A DNA stretch of 64,000 bases from Euryarchaeota archaeon UBA557 (GCA_002503285.1 DARI01000008.1:1581-65580); one strand, 5' to 3'; counted from the stretch's first letter, positions 38,033-48,426 are shown. Notes: generated by a model from the letters alone, not told the origin. Numbers and translations: made by a program.

Positions 38033-38485
38033 ATGGTAGGCGAAGAGCAGTCAAGTAATCTTAACAAGTTACCCGATTGGGCTAGACAAATATATGAAAA
38101 ACATGGATCTCCAAATTTAAAAAATACTGTTGATGTTTTTCATGGTCCTTTGATAGATAGAAGGTATGGACTAAGGAAAGATGATTTAGTAGAAATTATA
38201 ATAGATAATAGAGTTTTAAAAAATGGAGAATCAAATAGAATTGGTGGGATGTTAATTGGCACATCTAGAAATTCAGTAGACATATTGGATAATAATGGTG
38301 ATTTTAGAGCCATATCAAGAGACGTAATTATTGAGATTAAACTAGTTATCCACATGAGAAGGACATATTTAGAAGATGAAGAGTTGTTAAAATTTGAAAA
38401 GGAAGATATAAAAAGAAGGACGAACGTTCAAGAAATGGCAGAAAAACAGGCTGAAGGACGTATAGATAGTCACATTTGGGATTGA
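38033..38485 (+). CDS. Hypothetical protein, possible Sm/LSm-like beta-barrel
   Basis: Pattern V.I.I....I.G.L.......I.......I.RD.I..I; charged C-terminal helix. Confidence 0.55.
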   Translation: MVGEEQSSNLNKLPDWARQIYEKHGSPNLKNTVDVFHGPLIDRRYGLRKDDLVEIIIDNRVLKNGESNRIGGMLIGTSRNSVDILDNNGDFRAISRDVIIEIKLVIHMRRTYLEDEELLKFEKEDIKRRTNVQEMAEKQAEGRIDSHIWD

Positions 38486-38490
38486 TTAAG

Positions 38491-38817
38491 ATGGAATTAA
38501 AAAATAAAAGATGCATACCTTGTGAGGGAGGGGTACCTGCCTTAGTAGAGAAAGAATGTGATGAATTATTAAGCGCTTTAGACATAAAATGGGAAGTAAT
38601 ATTGGTTCATCATTTAGAGAGAAATTGGAAGTTTGATAACTTCCAAAATGCACTTGATCATGTCGTAAAACTTGGTGCAATTTGTGAAGAAGAGAATCAT
38701 CACGCGGACTTCGAAATAGGATGGGGGAGAGTAAAGGCGATTATCTACACTCATAAAATAGATGGTTTGACTGAATCTGATTTTATCCTAGCTGCGAAAT
38801 TTGATACTTTGAATTAG
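38491..38817 (+). CDS. phhB: Pterin-4a-carbinolamine dehydratase
   Basis: Motifs CIPCEGG, F.NF..AL, E.NHH.D, THKI.GLTESDFILAAK.D. Confidence 0.9.
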   Translation: MELKNKRCIPCEGGVPALVEKECDELLSALDIKWEVILVHHLERNWKFDNFQNALDHVVKLGAICEEENHHADFEIGWGRVKAIIYTHKIDGLTESDFILAAKFDTLN

Positions 38818-38828
38818 GAAGAAAGATT

Positions 38829-39398
38829 ATGACAAAAGTTCAAAATAATTTACTAACAAGAAGATCAATATATAGATTCTCAAACAAAGATATTGAACAT
38901 AATTATCTAGAAATAGGATTTGAAGCGGCAAGGCACGCACCTTGTCATAAACAGACACATCCATGGAAATTCTATATAATGGGAAAAGAGACAAGAAATA
39001 AAATTATTCCCATTGTTAAATTAATGGCGATAGAAAAGGCTTTAGGCAGTAAAGAAGATGTTGAATTCGGAATTAATAAAGCAATTTCAAAAATCAAAGA
39101 CGTCCCGACATTAATTGCGGTAACTACCTCAATAAATACCAATGATGTATTTAGAGACGAGGAAGATTATGCAGCAACTGTATGTGCATTGCATAATTTT
39201 GTATTATCTATGTGGGAACAAGGTATAGGATCACAATGGAGCACAGGATCCATAACTAGACATGAAATAAGTTATCAAGCTCTTAAAATCTCAAGTGAAA
39301 AAGAGCGTATCATCGGATTCATAAGGGTGGGCTATCCTGAAGTCGTTCCAGAGCGTAAGAAAAAATCGATATCTGAGATCAGATTTTATTTACCTTGA
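38829..39398 (+). CDS. Nitroreductase family protein (YdjA-like)
   Basis: Motifs RRSI..F, A..AP.H....PW.F, G.GS.W.TG, G.I.VGYP. Confidence 0.88.
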   Translation: MTKVQNNLLTRRSIYRFSNKDIEHNYLEIGFEAARHAPCHKQTHPWKFYIMGKETRNKIIPIVKLMAIEKALGSKEDVEFGINKAISKIKDVPTLIAVTTSINTNDVFRDEEDYAATVCALHNFVLSMWEQGIGSQWSTGSITRHEISYQALKISSEKERIIGFIRVGYPEVVPERKKKSISEIRFYLP

Positions 39399-39419
39399 TG
39401 AGTATAAGGAAGTATTACG

Positions 39420-40442
39420 ATGAAAAAAATAATTTATCCCAAAGTTGGTGGCCCCGAATCAATTAAAATTGTTGAGATAAAACATAATAAAATTGGCGAA
39501 AATCAAGTTAGAATAAGGGTGCATAGAGCTGGCATAAATTTTGCCGATCTAATGATGAGGCAGGGATTGTATGGATCGGCTCCAGAATTTCCATTTACTC
39601 CTGGATATGAGGTTTCAGGAGTTATAAGTGAGTTAGGCCCCAAAGTTAAAAATCTTCAAATTGATCAACGAGTAATTGGATTAACTGGTTTTGGAGGATA
39701 TTCAGAAGAAGTAATAATTGATTCCATGAGAGTCATATCAATACCTGATAATGTTAGCTTTGATCAAGCTGCTGCAATTCCCGTAACATATTCTACGGCA
39801 TACCATATGCTTATTTATTTAGGTAATTTACAACAGGGAGATTCAGTATTGATTCATCATGCGGCTGGGGGAGTAGGAACTGCAGCGGCGCAAATATGTC
39901 AAACTTATGGCGCAGGAATGATAATAGGAACAGCATCTGAATCCAAAAAGGAATTTGTAGAATCATTAGGAATGTATTTTATCGATAAAGATAAAGAAGA
40001 TTTTGTCAACATTTGTAAAGAATTAACTGATGGCCATGGAGTTCATCAAGCATTAGATCCAGTTGCTGGAAAACATTTATTAAAATCATATAAATCGTTA
40101 AGAAACGGTGGTAAATTACATATTTTTGGTGCATCATCGGCTGTTCCACGTAAGACTAGATCAATTTTTGCTGCGCTTAAAATGATAAAGACCACTCCAA
40201 AATTTAATCCACTTGACATGATGAATTCGAATAAATCCATATTTGGAGTACATATGGGCAGAATAAAAGATGAAGAGATATTCAGAAAGCATCTATTGGT
40301 GCTAAGTGAACTAATGAGTAAAAGTTCAATTAATCCAATTATTGATTCAGTTTGGAGATTTGAAAAAGTTTCTGAAGCTCATATTCATATGCATAACAGA
40401 AAGAATTGCGGGAAGATATTATTAGATTTTTCTCCAATATGA
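39420..40442 (+). CDS. Zn-independent MDR / quinone oxidoreductase, VAT-1-like
   Basis: Motifs GINFADLMMRQGLY, PGYE.SG, H.AAGGVG.AA.Q, RKN.GKILL. Confidence 0.85.
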   Translation: MKKIIYPKVGGPESIKIVEIKHNKIGENQVRIRVHRAGINFADLMMRQGLYGSAPEFPFTPGYEVSGVISELGPKVKNLQIDQRVIGLTGFGGYSEEVIIDSMRVISIPDNVSFDQAAAIPVTYSTAYHMLIYLGNLQQGDSVLIHHAAGGVGTAAAQICQTYGAGMIIGTASESKKEFVESLGMYFIDKDKEDFVNICKELTDGHGVHQALDPVAGKHLLKSYKSLRNGGKLHIFGASSAVPRKTRSIFAALKMIKTTPKFNPLDMMNSNKSIFGVHMGRIKDEEIFRKHLLVLSELMSKSSINPIIDSVWRFEKVSEAHIHMHNRKNCGKILLDFSPI

Positions 40443-40445
40443 AAG

Positions 40446-40850
40446 TTAAAGCCTTACTGGACGAGTAGCACCGCATGCTTGGCATTTGAGCAAGGTGGTT
40501 CTGGCTTCTTTTATGAAACTAGTATCAGGTGCACGACATTGGCTACATATCACATAAGATTTAACATAAGAAACGATTTTCTCTTTTATTCTTTTAGGGG
40601 GGACTCTTCCCTTGAACATAACTCGTACTTTTTCTCGTGTCCCAGAAGTTCCAAGTTCGTTCAATAAATATTGATAAACATGATTTGAATCCCTATCCAT
40701 AGAATCAACAATATCTGAAAAATTTCTCAAAATTGTTTGACTCCCTTCTATAAGAACATCTGGTTCAGGCATAGTCCATCTTGATCTTTCGCTAATATCC
40801 TTAGGAATTCTATCTCTTGCCCTATCAAGAAGAGATTCGTAGTCAGTCAT
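40446..40850 (-). CDS. eif2b: Translation initiation factor aIF2 beta subunit
   Basis: Motifs YESLLDRA, T.L.NF..I, ELGT.G, YV.C.QC..PDT, C.ACGA.RP; start ATG 40850. Confidence 0.95.
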   Translation of the reverse strand: MTDYESLLDRARDRIPKDISERSRWTMPEPDVLIEGSQTILRNFSDIVDSMDRDSNHVYQYLLNELGTSGTREKVRVMFKGRVPPKRIKEKIVSYVKSYVICSQCRAPDTSFIKEARTTLLKCQACGATRPVRL

Positions 40851-40936
40851 TGGATGCCCCAGTGGCATCTCCTTTTTCACGTCACCGGAAAGACATCATC
40901 GCCAAGTGTGAAAAGTGCTGGGTCTTTCCAATATAT

Positions 40937-41386
40937 ATGAGTGAGCCGATAGAAGTTAGAGTTTCTGCAGTAGATCCAAAAGCAAAAATTCCAACAAAAG
41001 GTAGTATTTATGCCGCAGGTTGGGACTTATACGCAATAGAAGATACTGTTGTTCCATTTCGAAAAAGTGTAAAAGTTAGAACAGGAATACATGTTGCTAT
41101 TCCCAATGGTTTCGAGGGTCAAGTCAGGGCACGTTCATCTTTGGGAAAAAAGGGCCTAATACTCCCACATAGTATAGGTACAATTGATTCTGACTATAGG
41201 GGAGAATTATTTGTTCTTATGACTTGGATTGGTCAACACGATTCATACACCATAACTGAAGGAGAAAGAATTGCACAATTACTTATTTCTCCGATACCAG
41301 AAGTATATTTTACCGAGGTCGGTATTGATGATTTGGGCGTAACGGAAAGAGGGCATGGTGGCTTCGGCAGTACTGGTAAATTTTAA
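40937..41386 (+). CDS. dut: dUTP diphosphatase (trimeric)
   Basis: Motifs AAGWDL, R.RSSL, GTIDSDYRGE, ERIAQL, RG.GGFGSTG. Confidence 0.96.
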   Translation: MSEPIEVRVSAVDPKAKIPTKGSIYAAGWDLYAIEDTVVPFRKSVKVRTGIHVAIPNGFEGQVRARSSLGKKGLILPHSIGTIDSDYRGELFVLMTWIGQHDSYTITEGERIAQLLISPIPEVYFTEVGIDDLGVTERGHGGFGSTGKF

Positions 41387-41457
41387 AAAATATGATTTTT
41401 ATGCAATAATTACAACATATTATCGGTGGATTCATAGCACTCAAGCACTCGGCAAGC

Positions 41458-42039
41458 ATGATGCAAATGAGTATTGATGAACTTAGAGCCCAAGTAGAGA
41501 GTTATCGTTCAGATGGATTAAGTACTCAACAAATTGCAGATGAGATGTCACTTTCACAAACTACAGTGATGTGGCTATCGTCAAAAGAAAGCGTAGAAGA
41601 ACCACCAAAAGATATTCGAATTGGCTGGAGATCAATAGCAGTTAAAGGCTCAAGAATTGAAGCAGTTTCGTCCATATTTTGCGACATAATAGAAGAAGAG
41701 TGCGGAGATGATATAGATGTAATTCTAGGAATAAGTCTTAACGGTATTGTTTTTGCACAGTCGATAGCAAGCATGATGGATTTAGAGATATCCATAAGTA
41801 GAAGTATACATGACAATGGAGATGGACATATTTCAGATGTTTATGCCGATGTTAGAGGAAAAAAGGTCGTAATTGTTGATGATGTCGTATCTTCTGGAAC
41901 CACCATGAAGAAAACTATAAATAATCTTAAATCTCTTGGTGCAGATGTTAAATTATGCCTAGTTTTAGCCAATAAATCAACTGCTGATGAATTAGAAGGA
42001 GTTTCCCTGAGGGGCTTGATTAGAGTAGTTTCTGTTTGA
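41458..42039 (+). CDS. gfcR: Orotate phosphoribosyltransferase-like HTH regulator (GfcR family)
   Basis: N-terminal GLS..QIADE..LS..TV.WL, P.DI.I.W..I, and the PRPP loop VVIVDDVVSSGTT. Confidence 0.8.
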   Translation: MMQMSIDELRAQVESYRSDGLSTQQIADEMSLSQTTVMWLSSKESVEEPPKDIRIGWRSIAVKGSRIEAVSSIFCDIIEEECGDDIDVILGISLNGIVFAQSIASMMDLEISISRSIHDNGDGHISDVYADVRGKKVVIVDDVVSSGTTMKKTINNLKSLGADVKLCLVLANKSTADELEGVSLRGLIRVVSV

Positions 42040-42048
42040 GGCTTTGAT

Positions 42049-43629
42049 ATGCATTGGGCCCATCACACTGCTCAGAAACTGAGTGAAAATAATACATCAC
42101 AAGTTTGTGCGTCTGGAATTACTCCGTCTGGAGATTTTCATATCGGACACATAAGAGAAATATTAACAGCGGAAATGATTCATCGTGCATGCCTCGATAT
42201 AGGACTTGAATCAAAATATATTTTTATCGTAGATTCAATGGATCCTCTGAGAAGGGTATATGATTTCTTATCTCCAAGCTATGAAAAATATATCGGTACA
42301 CCATTGGCCTATATTCCTGCCCCAGATAAAAATGGAGAACCGAGTAAAAATGGAAAAAGTTATTCAGAATACTTCCTTAATCCATTTTTAGAATCATTAA
42401 AAAAAATAGGAGTATTTCCTGAAGTCATAATGAATCACCAAGTATATGCAGATGGGAGATTTGCAGAAAAGATAGATGCTGCAATAATAAAAAAAGAACA
42501 CATAAGAGAGATAATTGAAAATATTTCAGGCAGAGAACTCCCAAATGATTGGTTTCCCTATAGCCCAATTGGCTCAGATGGCAGTATGGACGGAGTAAAG
42601 GTTACTGGATATGAAAAACCATATGTTTACTGGACAGATAGATTAGGAATTGAGGGGAAATCAAATATCACGAAGGCGGAAGGAAAATTACCTTGGAGGA
42701 TTGATTGGGCTGCTCGTTGGGGTATACATGCAATAACTTCTGAACCTGCTGGTAAAGATCACGGTTCGTCTGGAGGAAGTTATGACACCGGGATACCGAT
42801 CTGTAGATTATTAGGTAGTGAGCCACCAAAAAAGATGGTGTATGAATGGATTCAATTGAAGGGCATGGGGCCAATGTCAAGCTCAAAAGGAGTAACAATA
42901 GGCCCAGTTGAAGCATTAAATTTAGTTCCTCCACAAATATTAAGATATGTTATTGCTAGAAGTAAAGTAAATCGACATATTGATTTTGATACTGGCGCCA
43001 CATTATTTGAAACAGCAGATGAATATGAAAGATTATTGTCTGAAACGACTACAGATGAAATTGATGGAATGACTAGAAGGCAAAAAATAGCAAAGGAAAC
43101 CAATATTGGTGCCTTGAATCTTAGTCAACTAAATAGAGGAGAAAATCCTCAAGAATCATTTGGAGGAGTATCTTTTAGGCATCTATCGTTGCTTGCTCAG
43201 ATAAAAAGTAAAGATGAGGATGTTTGGAAATCATTGAACAATAGCGGACATATTGACAATAATCCAAATAAAATATTGATTGAAAGATTAGAACGTATGA
43301 GAAATTGGATAGATGGCCCTCATTTTCCTGAAAATTCTAAGATAGTGATTCATAAAACTATAACAGAAGAAGCTGTTGAAAATATAAATTCAAATCAAAT
43401 AGAATTCATAGTATTATTTAGGAAAAAAATAACTGATTGCGCGTGGAATGAAAAGGAAATAGGTAATCTGATAAGGAGTATTTCTAAAAAATCTGGAATT
43501 AGTGCCAAGGAATGTTATGCATCACTCTATTGGTTAATGTTGGGAAAGCATAACGGGCCAAGAATTGCATCAATAATATCTGAAGTCGGAATAGACCATA
43601 TGATATCATTAATAGATTCATCATTTTAA
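42049..43629 (+). CDS. lysS: Lysine-tRNA ligase, class I
   Basis: Motifs MHWA, SGITPSG..HIG..RE, KLPWR.DW..RW, EP.GKDH, MSSSKG, GPR. Confidence 0.96.
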   Translation: MHWAHHTAQKLSENNTSQVCASGITPSGDFHIGHIREILTAEMIHRACLDIGLESKYIFIVDSMDPLRRVYDFLSPSYEKYIGTPLAYIPAPDKNGEPSKNGKSYSEYFLNPFLESLKKIGVFPEVIMNHQVYADGRFAEKIDAAIIKKEHIREIIENISGRELPNDWFPYSPIGSDGSMDGVKVTGYEKPYVYWTDRLGIEGKSNITKAEGKLPWRIDWAARWGIHAITSEPAGKDHGSSGGSYDTGIPICRLLGSEPPKKMVYEWIQLKGMGPMSSSKGVTIGPVEALNLVPPQILRYVIARSKVNRHIDFDTGATLFETADEYERLLSETTTDEIDGMTRRQKIAKETNIGALNLSQLNRGENPQESFGGVSFRHLSLLAQIKSKDEDVWKSLNNSGHIDNNPNKILIERLERMRNWIDGPHFPENSKIVIHKTITEEAVENINSNQIEFIVLFRKKITDCAWNEKEIGNLIRSISKKSGISAKECYASLYWLMLGKHNGPRIASIISEVGIDHMISLIDSSF

Positions 43630-43656
43630 ATTCTTTTTAGTATTTATAATCAAGAA

Positions 43657-46600
43657 TTATATCACAATCTTTCCTAATGGTGATATATCTAACAATCTTG
43701 GTTCAGGAATTCCATTCTGGGCTTCAAGAATGGCTTCAACTTCCATTTTAGCACCTGCCATAGTAGTGACAAATGGAATATTGAGTTCTACTGCTAACCT
43801 CCTCATCATATTACCATCTAAAACAGCACCACCAGTAGAACTAGGAGTATTTATTATGAGATGAATTTTACCTTGCCTCATTAAATCTAGTGCATCTGGA
43901 GATTTTCTTTCTGATATCCTATAGCATGTAGTAACATCTAATTTTCCAGAATCTCTTAGAATATTTGATGTTCCACTTGTTGCGAATAAATTAAATCCTA
44001 TTTTCTGTAATTCTTTTGCTTGATTTATGACTTCAAATTTATCCTTATCTTTGACAGTGATATAAACTCCTCCATGTATTGGGACAGGTAACTCCGTAGC
44101 CAATCTAGCCTTTAGATATGCAGCGGATGCTCTGACATGTGAACCCATTACCTCTCCTGTTGATTTCATTTCTGGCCCTGGTGCAGGATCTAATCCTCTT
44201 AATTTTATGAATGGAAAAACAGGGGCTTTGACACATACTATATCTTTTTGAGGTAAAGGAATTGGTAAATCTTTGATTTTATCTCCTAATGCTATTCTTG
44301 CAGCAATTCTGGCTAAAGGTATCCCTGTTGATTTGGCGACGAATGGGAATGTTCGAGAACCTCTTGGATTAACCTCTAAAACATATAGAATCTCTTCACA
44401 TATAGCAAATTGAATATTATAACAGCCTATAATTCCTAATTTTAAACCAATTATTCTTGTCCATTCCTCCACTTGGGAAATTATTTTTGTAGATATATTT
44501 TGAGGTGGAATAAAGCAAGTAGAGTCACCGGAATGTATTCCCGCTTCTTCCAAATGTTCCATTATTGCTCCGATTAAAACCTCGTTACCGTCGCAAACTG
44601 CATCGACATCTAATTCAACTGCATCTCCTAAATAATCATCAATTAATAATGGACGATCTCTAGCTATATACGCTTCTTTCATATATGTCTCCAATTGTTC
44701 ATCAGATGACAAGATTTCCATGCCCCTTCCACCTAAAACATATGATGGCCTAATTAAAACCGGATATCCAATATTTGAAACACAATTATATACTTCTTTT
44801 GGGGATGTTGCCGTCATACCATTTGGCATCCTTAAATCATTTCTTGATGCAAATTTTTCGAAAAGATCTCTATCACTAGCTTCATCAATGGCTGAGGGAG
44901 GAGTTCCTTGAATGATAGTATTAAGTCCAAATTTTCTTAAATGATTTAAATTTTCTGATAATGGTAATGCTAAATTTATAGCAGTTTGCCCACCAAATTG
45001 TAATAATATCCCATCGGCAGATTCCCTTAATAATATTTCAGAGACTGATTCTAATGATAATGGATCAAAATACAATCTATCGCTAGTATCAAAATCGGTA
45101 GATACTGTCTCAGGATTATTATTTATTATTATCGCCTCATGCCCTAAATCTTGAATCGCTCCTGCTGCATGTACGCATGCGTAATCAAATTCTATTCCTT
45201 GCCCTATTCTGATTGGCCCTGATCCAACTACAACAATTCTCTTTTTACCACTATTTTTATCAATTGGCGTCTGATCTATGCCAATTTTTGTATTACCTCC
45301 TTCATAAGTAGAATAATAATATGGTGTAACTGCTGCAAATTCTGCTGCACATGAGTCTACCATCCTATATTTAGGATGCAACCCTAACTCATGCCTTCGG
45401 GATGTTACGGCAAATTCACCATCTCCAACAGGAATTTTAGATATTCCTCCATCGGGGAAACCTGAAAGTGCATCTGCAATATGTATATCAGAAAATCCTT
45501 GACCTTTCCAATTTCTTAATTCTGATTCTGGGATTAAAGATGGCTTTAGGCCCATCTCTCCTGAAGCTCTAATTTGTAGTTCCGTAGATGCCATGCTTTC
45601 GAATCTATGTAGAAACCAACGAGTTATGCCTCCGGTTAAATCTCTCACATCCTCAACATTATAGCCTCGACGAAATGCTTCAAAAATTGCAGTTATCCTT
45701 CTGTCAGTTGGGACTCTTAGCCAATCTTCTAATATAGCCGTAGACAATGGTTGGTTTTCACTATCTGCGTCACCATCCGACGATTCATTATTAGTTAGTG
45801 GTCTAGGATAAGGTCTACCATATTCTAAACTAGACCATGCTTTTAGGCACGCTTCTTCAAAAGTACGCCCTATTGCCATAACTTCACCAGTAGATTTCAT
45901 AGATGTTCCAATAGTTCTATCTGCAGTTCTAAATTTATCAAATGGCCATCTTGGAATTTTAACTACGCAATAGTCCAATGTTGGCTCAAAAGCGGCAGTA
46001 GTACCTTCTCCAGTTATTGGATTTGGCAATTCATCCAAAGTATATCCAACAGCAATTAATGCTGCCATTCGAGCAATTGGATATCCAGTGGCTTTTGATG
46101 CTAATGCAGAAGATCGCGAGACTCGTGGATTAACTTCTATGACGCGGAAATCTCCACTAGATTGGTCAAATGCAAATTGAACATTACAACCACCTTTGAT
46201 ATTTAATCGTCTGATTAATTTAAGGGCCGCATCTCTAAGCATTTGATGATCCTGATCGGAAAGTGTTTGCTGTGGAGCGACTACAATAGATTCACCAGTG
46301 TGGACGCCCATTGGATCAAGATTTTCCATGGTGCACACAATAATTGCATTATCAGAATCGTCCCTCATAACTTCGTATTCATGCTCTTGCCATCCAAGAA
46401 TACTTTCTTCAACTAGAACCTGTCCAATTGCGGAATGAAGAATTCCTTGACTTGCAATTTCTACTAATTGCCCTGTATTGAATGCAGTTCCTCCACCCAA
46501 GCCACCCAGTGTAAATGCAGGCCTTATCAATAGTGGGAATCCTCCTAGTTTATTTGATGCGGACAAAACTTCTTCTATAGTGGAACATGCTATGCCTTTG

Positions 46601-47031
46601 CAAACAGGCAAACCTATTTCTTCACATGTCTTCTTAAATAAATCTCTGTCTTCTGCTTCATCAATAGAAACTAAATCACAACCGATCAATTCAACGCCTA
46701 GTTGATCTAAAGATCCATCATGTGCCAATGCTGATGCTAGATTTAATGCTGTTTGCCCACCCATTCCTGCTAGTAATGCATCAGGTTTTTCAATCTCTAA
46801 AATTCTTTTGACTACTTCGGGCAATAAAGGTTCAATATAAATTTTATCTGCCATTTCAGGATCATTTTGAATTGTTGCTGGATTAGAATTTATTATTACA
46901 ATTTCATATCCATCATCTCTCAAAGCGCGACATGCTTGAGAACCGGAGAAGTCAAATTCTGCAGCTTGCCCTATCCGAATGGGGCCACTACCAAGGATGG
47001 CAATTTTCTTGATATCGTTTCTTCTAGGCAT
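43657..47031 (-). CDS. carB: Carbamoyl-phosphate synthase large subunit
   Basis: Motifs GSGPIRIGQAAEFD.SG, MGVHTGES, EVNPRVSRSS, a duplicated ATP-grasp unit and a C-terminal MGS domain. Confidence 0.98.
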   Translation of the reverse strand: MPRRNDIKKIAILGSGPIRIGQAAEFDFSGSQACRALRDDGYEIVIINSNPATIQNDPEMADKIYIEPLLPEVVKRILEIEKPDALLAGMGGQTALNLASALAHDGSLDQLGVELIGCDLVSIDEAEDRDLFKKTCEEIGLPVCKGIACSTIEEVLSASNKLGGFPLLIRPAFTLGGLGGGTAFNTGQLVEIASQGILHSAIGQVLVEESILGWQEHEYEVMRDDSDNAIIVCTMENLDPMGVHTGESIVVAPQQTLSDQDHQMLRDAALKLIRRLNIKGGCNVQFAFDQSSGDFRVIEVNPRVSRSSALASKATGYPIARMAALIAVGYTLDELPNPITGEGTTAAFEPTLDYCVVKIPRWPFDKFRTADRTIGTSMKSTGEVMAIGRTFEEACLKAWSSLEYGRPYPRPLTNNESSDGDADSENQPLSTAILEDWLRVPTDRRITAIFEAFRRGYNVEDVRDLTGGITRWFLHRFESMASTELQIRASGEMGLKPSLIPESELRNWKGQGFSDIHIADALSGFPDGGISKIPVGDGEFAVTSRRHELGLHPKYRMVDSCAAEFAAVTPYYYSTYEGGNTKIGIDQTPIDKNSGKKRIVVVGSGPIRIGQGIEFDYACVHAAGAIQDLGHEAIIINNNPETVSTDFDTSDRLYFDPLSLESVSEILLRESADGILLQFGGQTAINLALPLSENLNHLRKFGLNTIIQGTPPSAIDEASDRDLFEKFASRNDLRMPNGMTATSPKEVYNCVSNIGYPVLIRPSYVLGGRGMEILSSDEQLETYMKEAYIARDRPLLIDDYLGDAVELDVDAVCDGNEVLIGAIMEHLEEAGIHSGDSTCFIPPQNISTKIISQVEEWTRIIGLKLGIIGCYNIQFAICEEILYVLEVNPRGSRTFPFVAKSTGIPLARIAARIALGDKIKDLPIPLPQKDIVCVKAPVFPFIKLRGLDPAPGPEMKSTGEVMGSHVRASAAYLKARLATELPVPIHGGVYITVKDKDKFEVINQAKELQKIGFNLFATSGTSNILRDSGKLDVTTCYRISERKSPDALDLMRQGKIHLIINTPSSTGGAVLDGNMMRRLAVELNIPFVTTMAGAKMEVEAILEAQNGIPEPRLLDISPLGKIVI

Positions 47032-48356
47032 TAAACCTCACTTCCGTCAATAATTATGTTCGAATTTAGAAATAATTGAACCATGTCTGAAAACCTATTG
47101 AATAATGGAGATGCATCATGAGGCCCTGGGCAAGCTTCAGGATGAAATTGGACCGTAAATACTGGTTTACCAATCAAATCTAACCCCTCTACTGTTTGAT
47201 CATTAGCATTAATATGACGGACCTTAAAATCTGCTCCGAGAGTGTTATTTGATGCCTCAGAATGCACCCCTGATGGATGAGGACCTATCATACCTTTATT
47301 GGGATCTTCAACTGCATATCCATGATTCTGACTAGTGATATGTACTTTCCCTGTTTCTAAATCTATAACTGGTTGATTAACTCCTCTATGCCCGTATCGT
47401 AATTTATATGTCCTTAATCCGGCAGCAAGGCCCATTAATTGATGCCCAAGACATATTCCCATAACTGGAATATCAGCCTTAACTGCAGATGACAAGGTAT
47501 TACGTGCTATTTTAGCATCTCCAAAATGTGCAGGATCTCCTGGGCCATTTGATGCAAATATGGCATCTGGATTCCATTCCTCAATTATTTTATTAAATTT
47601 GGTTGAAGCTGGGCACAAGACGACTTCAAATCTTCCACATAATTCTCGAAGAATATTATATTTTATTCCACAATCGATAACTACCAATCTAGGCAGTTTA
47701 TCTCCATCAATATTTTTAACACCTGGATTTAAAATTATGGATTCCTGACAAGTTACAGATGCGACCAAGTCCTCTGTATCGGGATGTACCATTTTATTTA
47801 TCCTATCTTTTACTTCATTTTCTTTATCAATTGGGCCGAATGCACACAATAGTGTCCCAAATTCTCTAACCTTTTTTGTTAATGAGCGTGTATCTATGCC
47901 TTCAATTCCTGGAACTTGGTGAGCAAAAAGAAAATCATGTATGCTCCCAATACTATTCCTATGATCTGGAATTTTCATAGCTTGCCGACATATAATACCC
48001 CTTGGGTGAACCCTAGAGGATTCTGATATGCCAGGAATTATGCCATAATTTCCTAATAACGGCCAGGTAAATGTCAAAATTTGGCCTGCAAATGATGGAT
48101 CAGTCATACTTTCTTGATATCCGGACATTGCAGTATTGAAAACTAGTTCACCCTCAGTAATGCTTTCAAAGCCAAATAAAATTCCTTCATACCTCGACCC
48201 ATCGGCCAAAATAAGAACGCCTTTTGAACCTGAAGGTTGTTGCCGTGAATCATGATCGGACAATAAATCAGTAGCTTCAGGAAAGATAGGAGGGGATTTT
48301 ACATCTATTCCAGAAGCACCGGGGCAGAAGCCTCGCGTAATTTCCGTGTCTGACAT
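47031..48356 (-). CDS. carA: Carbamoyl-phosphate synthase small subunit
   Basis: Motifs GELVFNT.M.GYQE..TDPS, SNGPGDP, GICLGHQL, SQNHGYAV, QFHPEA.PGP.D; likely start ATG 48356. Confidence 0.97.
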   Translation of the reverse strand: MSDTEITRGFCPGASGIDVKSPPIFPEATDLLSDHDSRQQPSGSKGVLILADGSRYEGILFGFESITEGELVFNTAMSGYQESMTDPSFAGQILTFTWPLLGNYGIIPGISESSRVHPRGIICRQAMKIPDHRNSIGSIHDFLFAHQVPGIEGIDTRSLTKKVREFGTLLCAFGPIDKENEVKDRINKMVHPDTEDLVASVTCQESIILNPGVKNIDGDKLPRLVVIDCGIKYNILRELCGRFEVVLCPASTKFNKIIEEWNPDAIFASNGPGDPAHFGDAKIARNTLSSAVKADIPVMGICLGHQLMGLAAGLRTYKLRYGHRGVNQPVIDLETGKVHITSQNHGYAVEDPNKGMIGPHPSGVHSEASNNTLGADFKVRHINANDQTVEGLDLIGKPVFTVQFHPEACPGPHDASPLFNRFSDMVQLFLNSNIIIDGSEV

Positions 48357-48426
48357 CAGTATTGCTGCCAAACTACGACTATTAATCATTGAGAATAATA
48401 TGAATAAAAAGCAGCATTAGATATGA

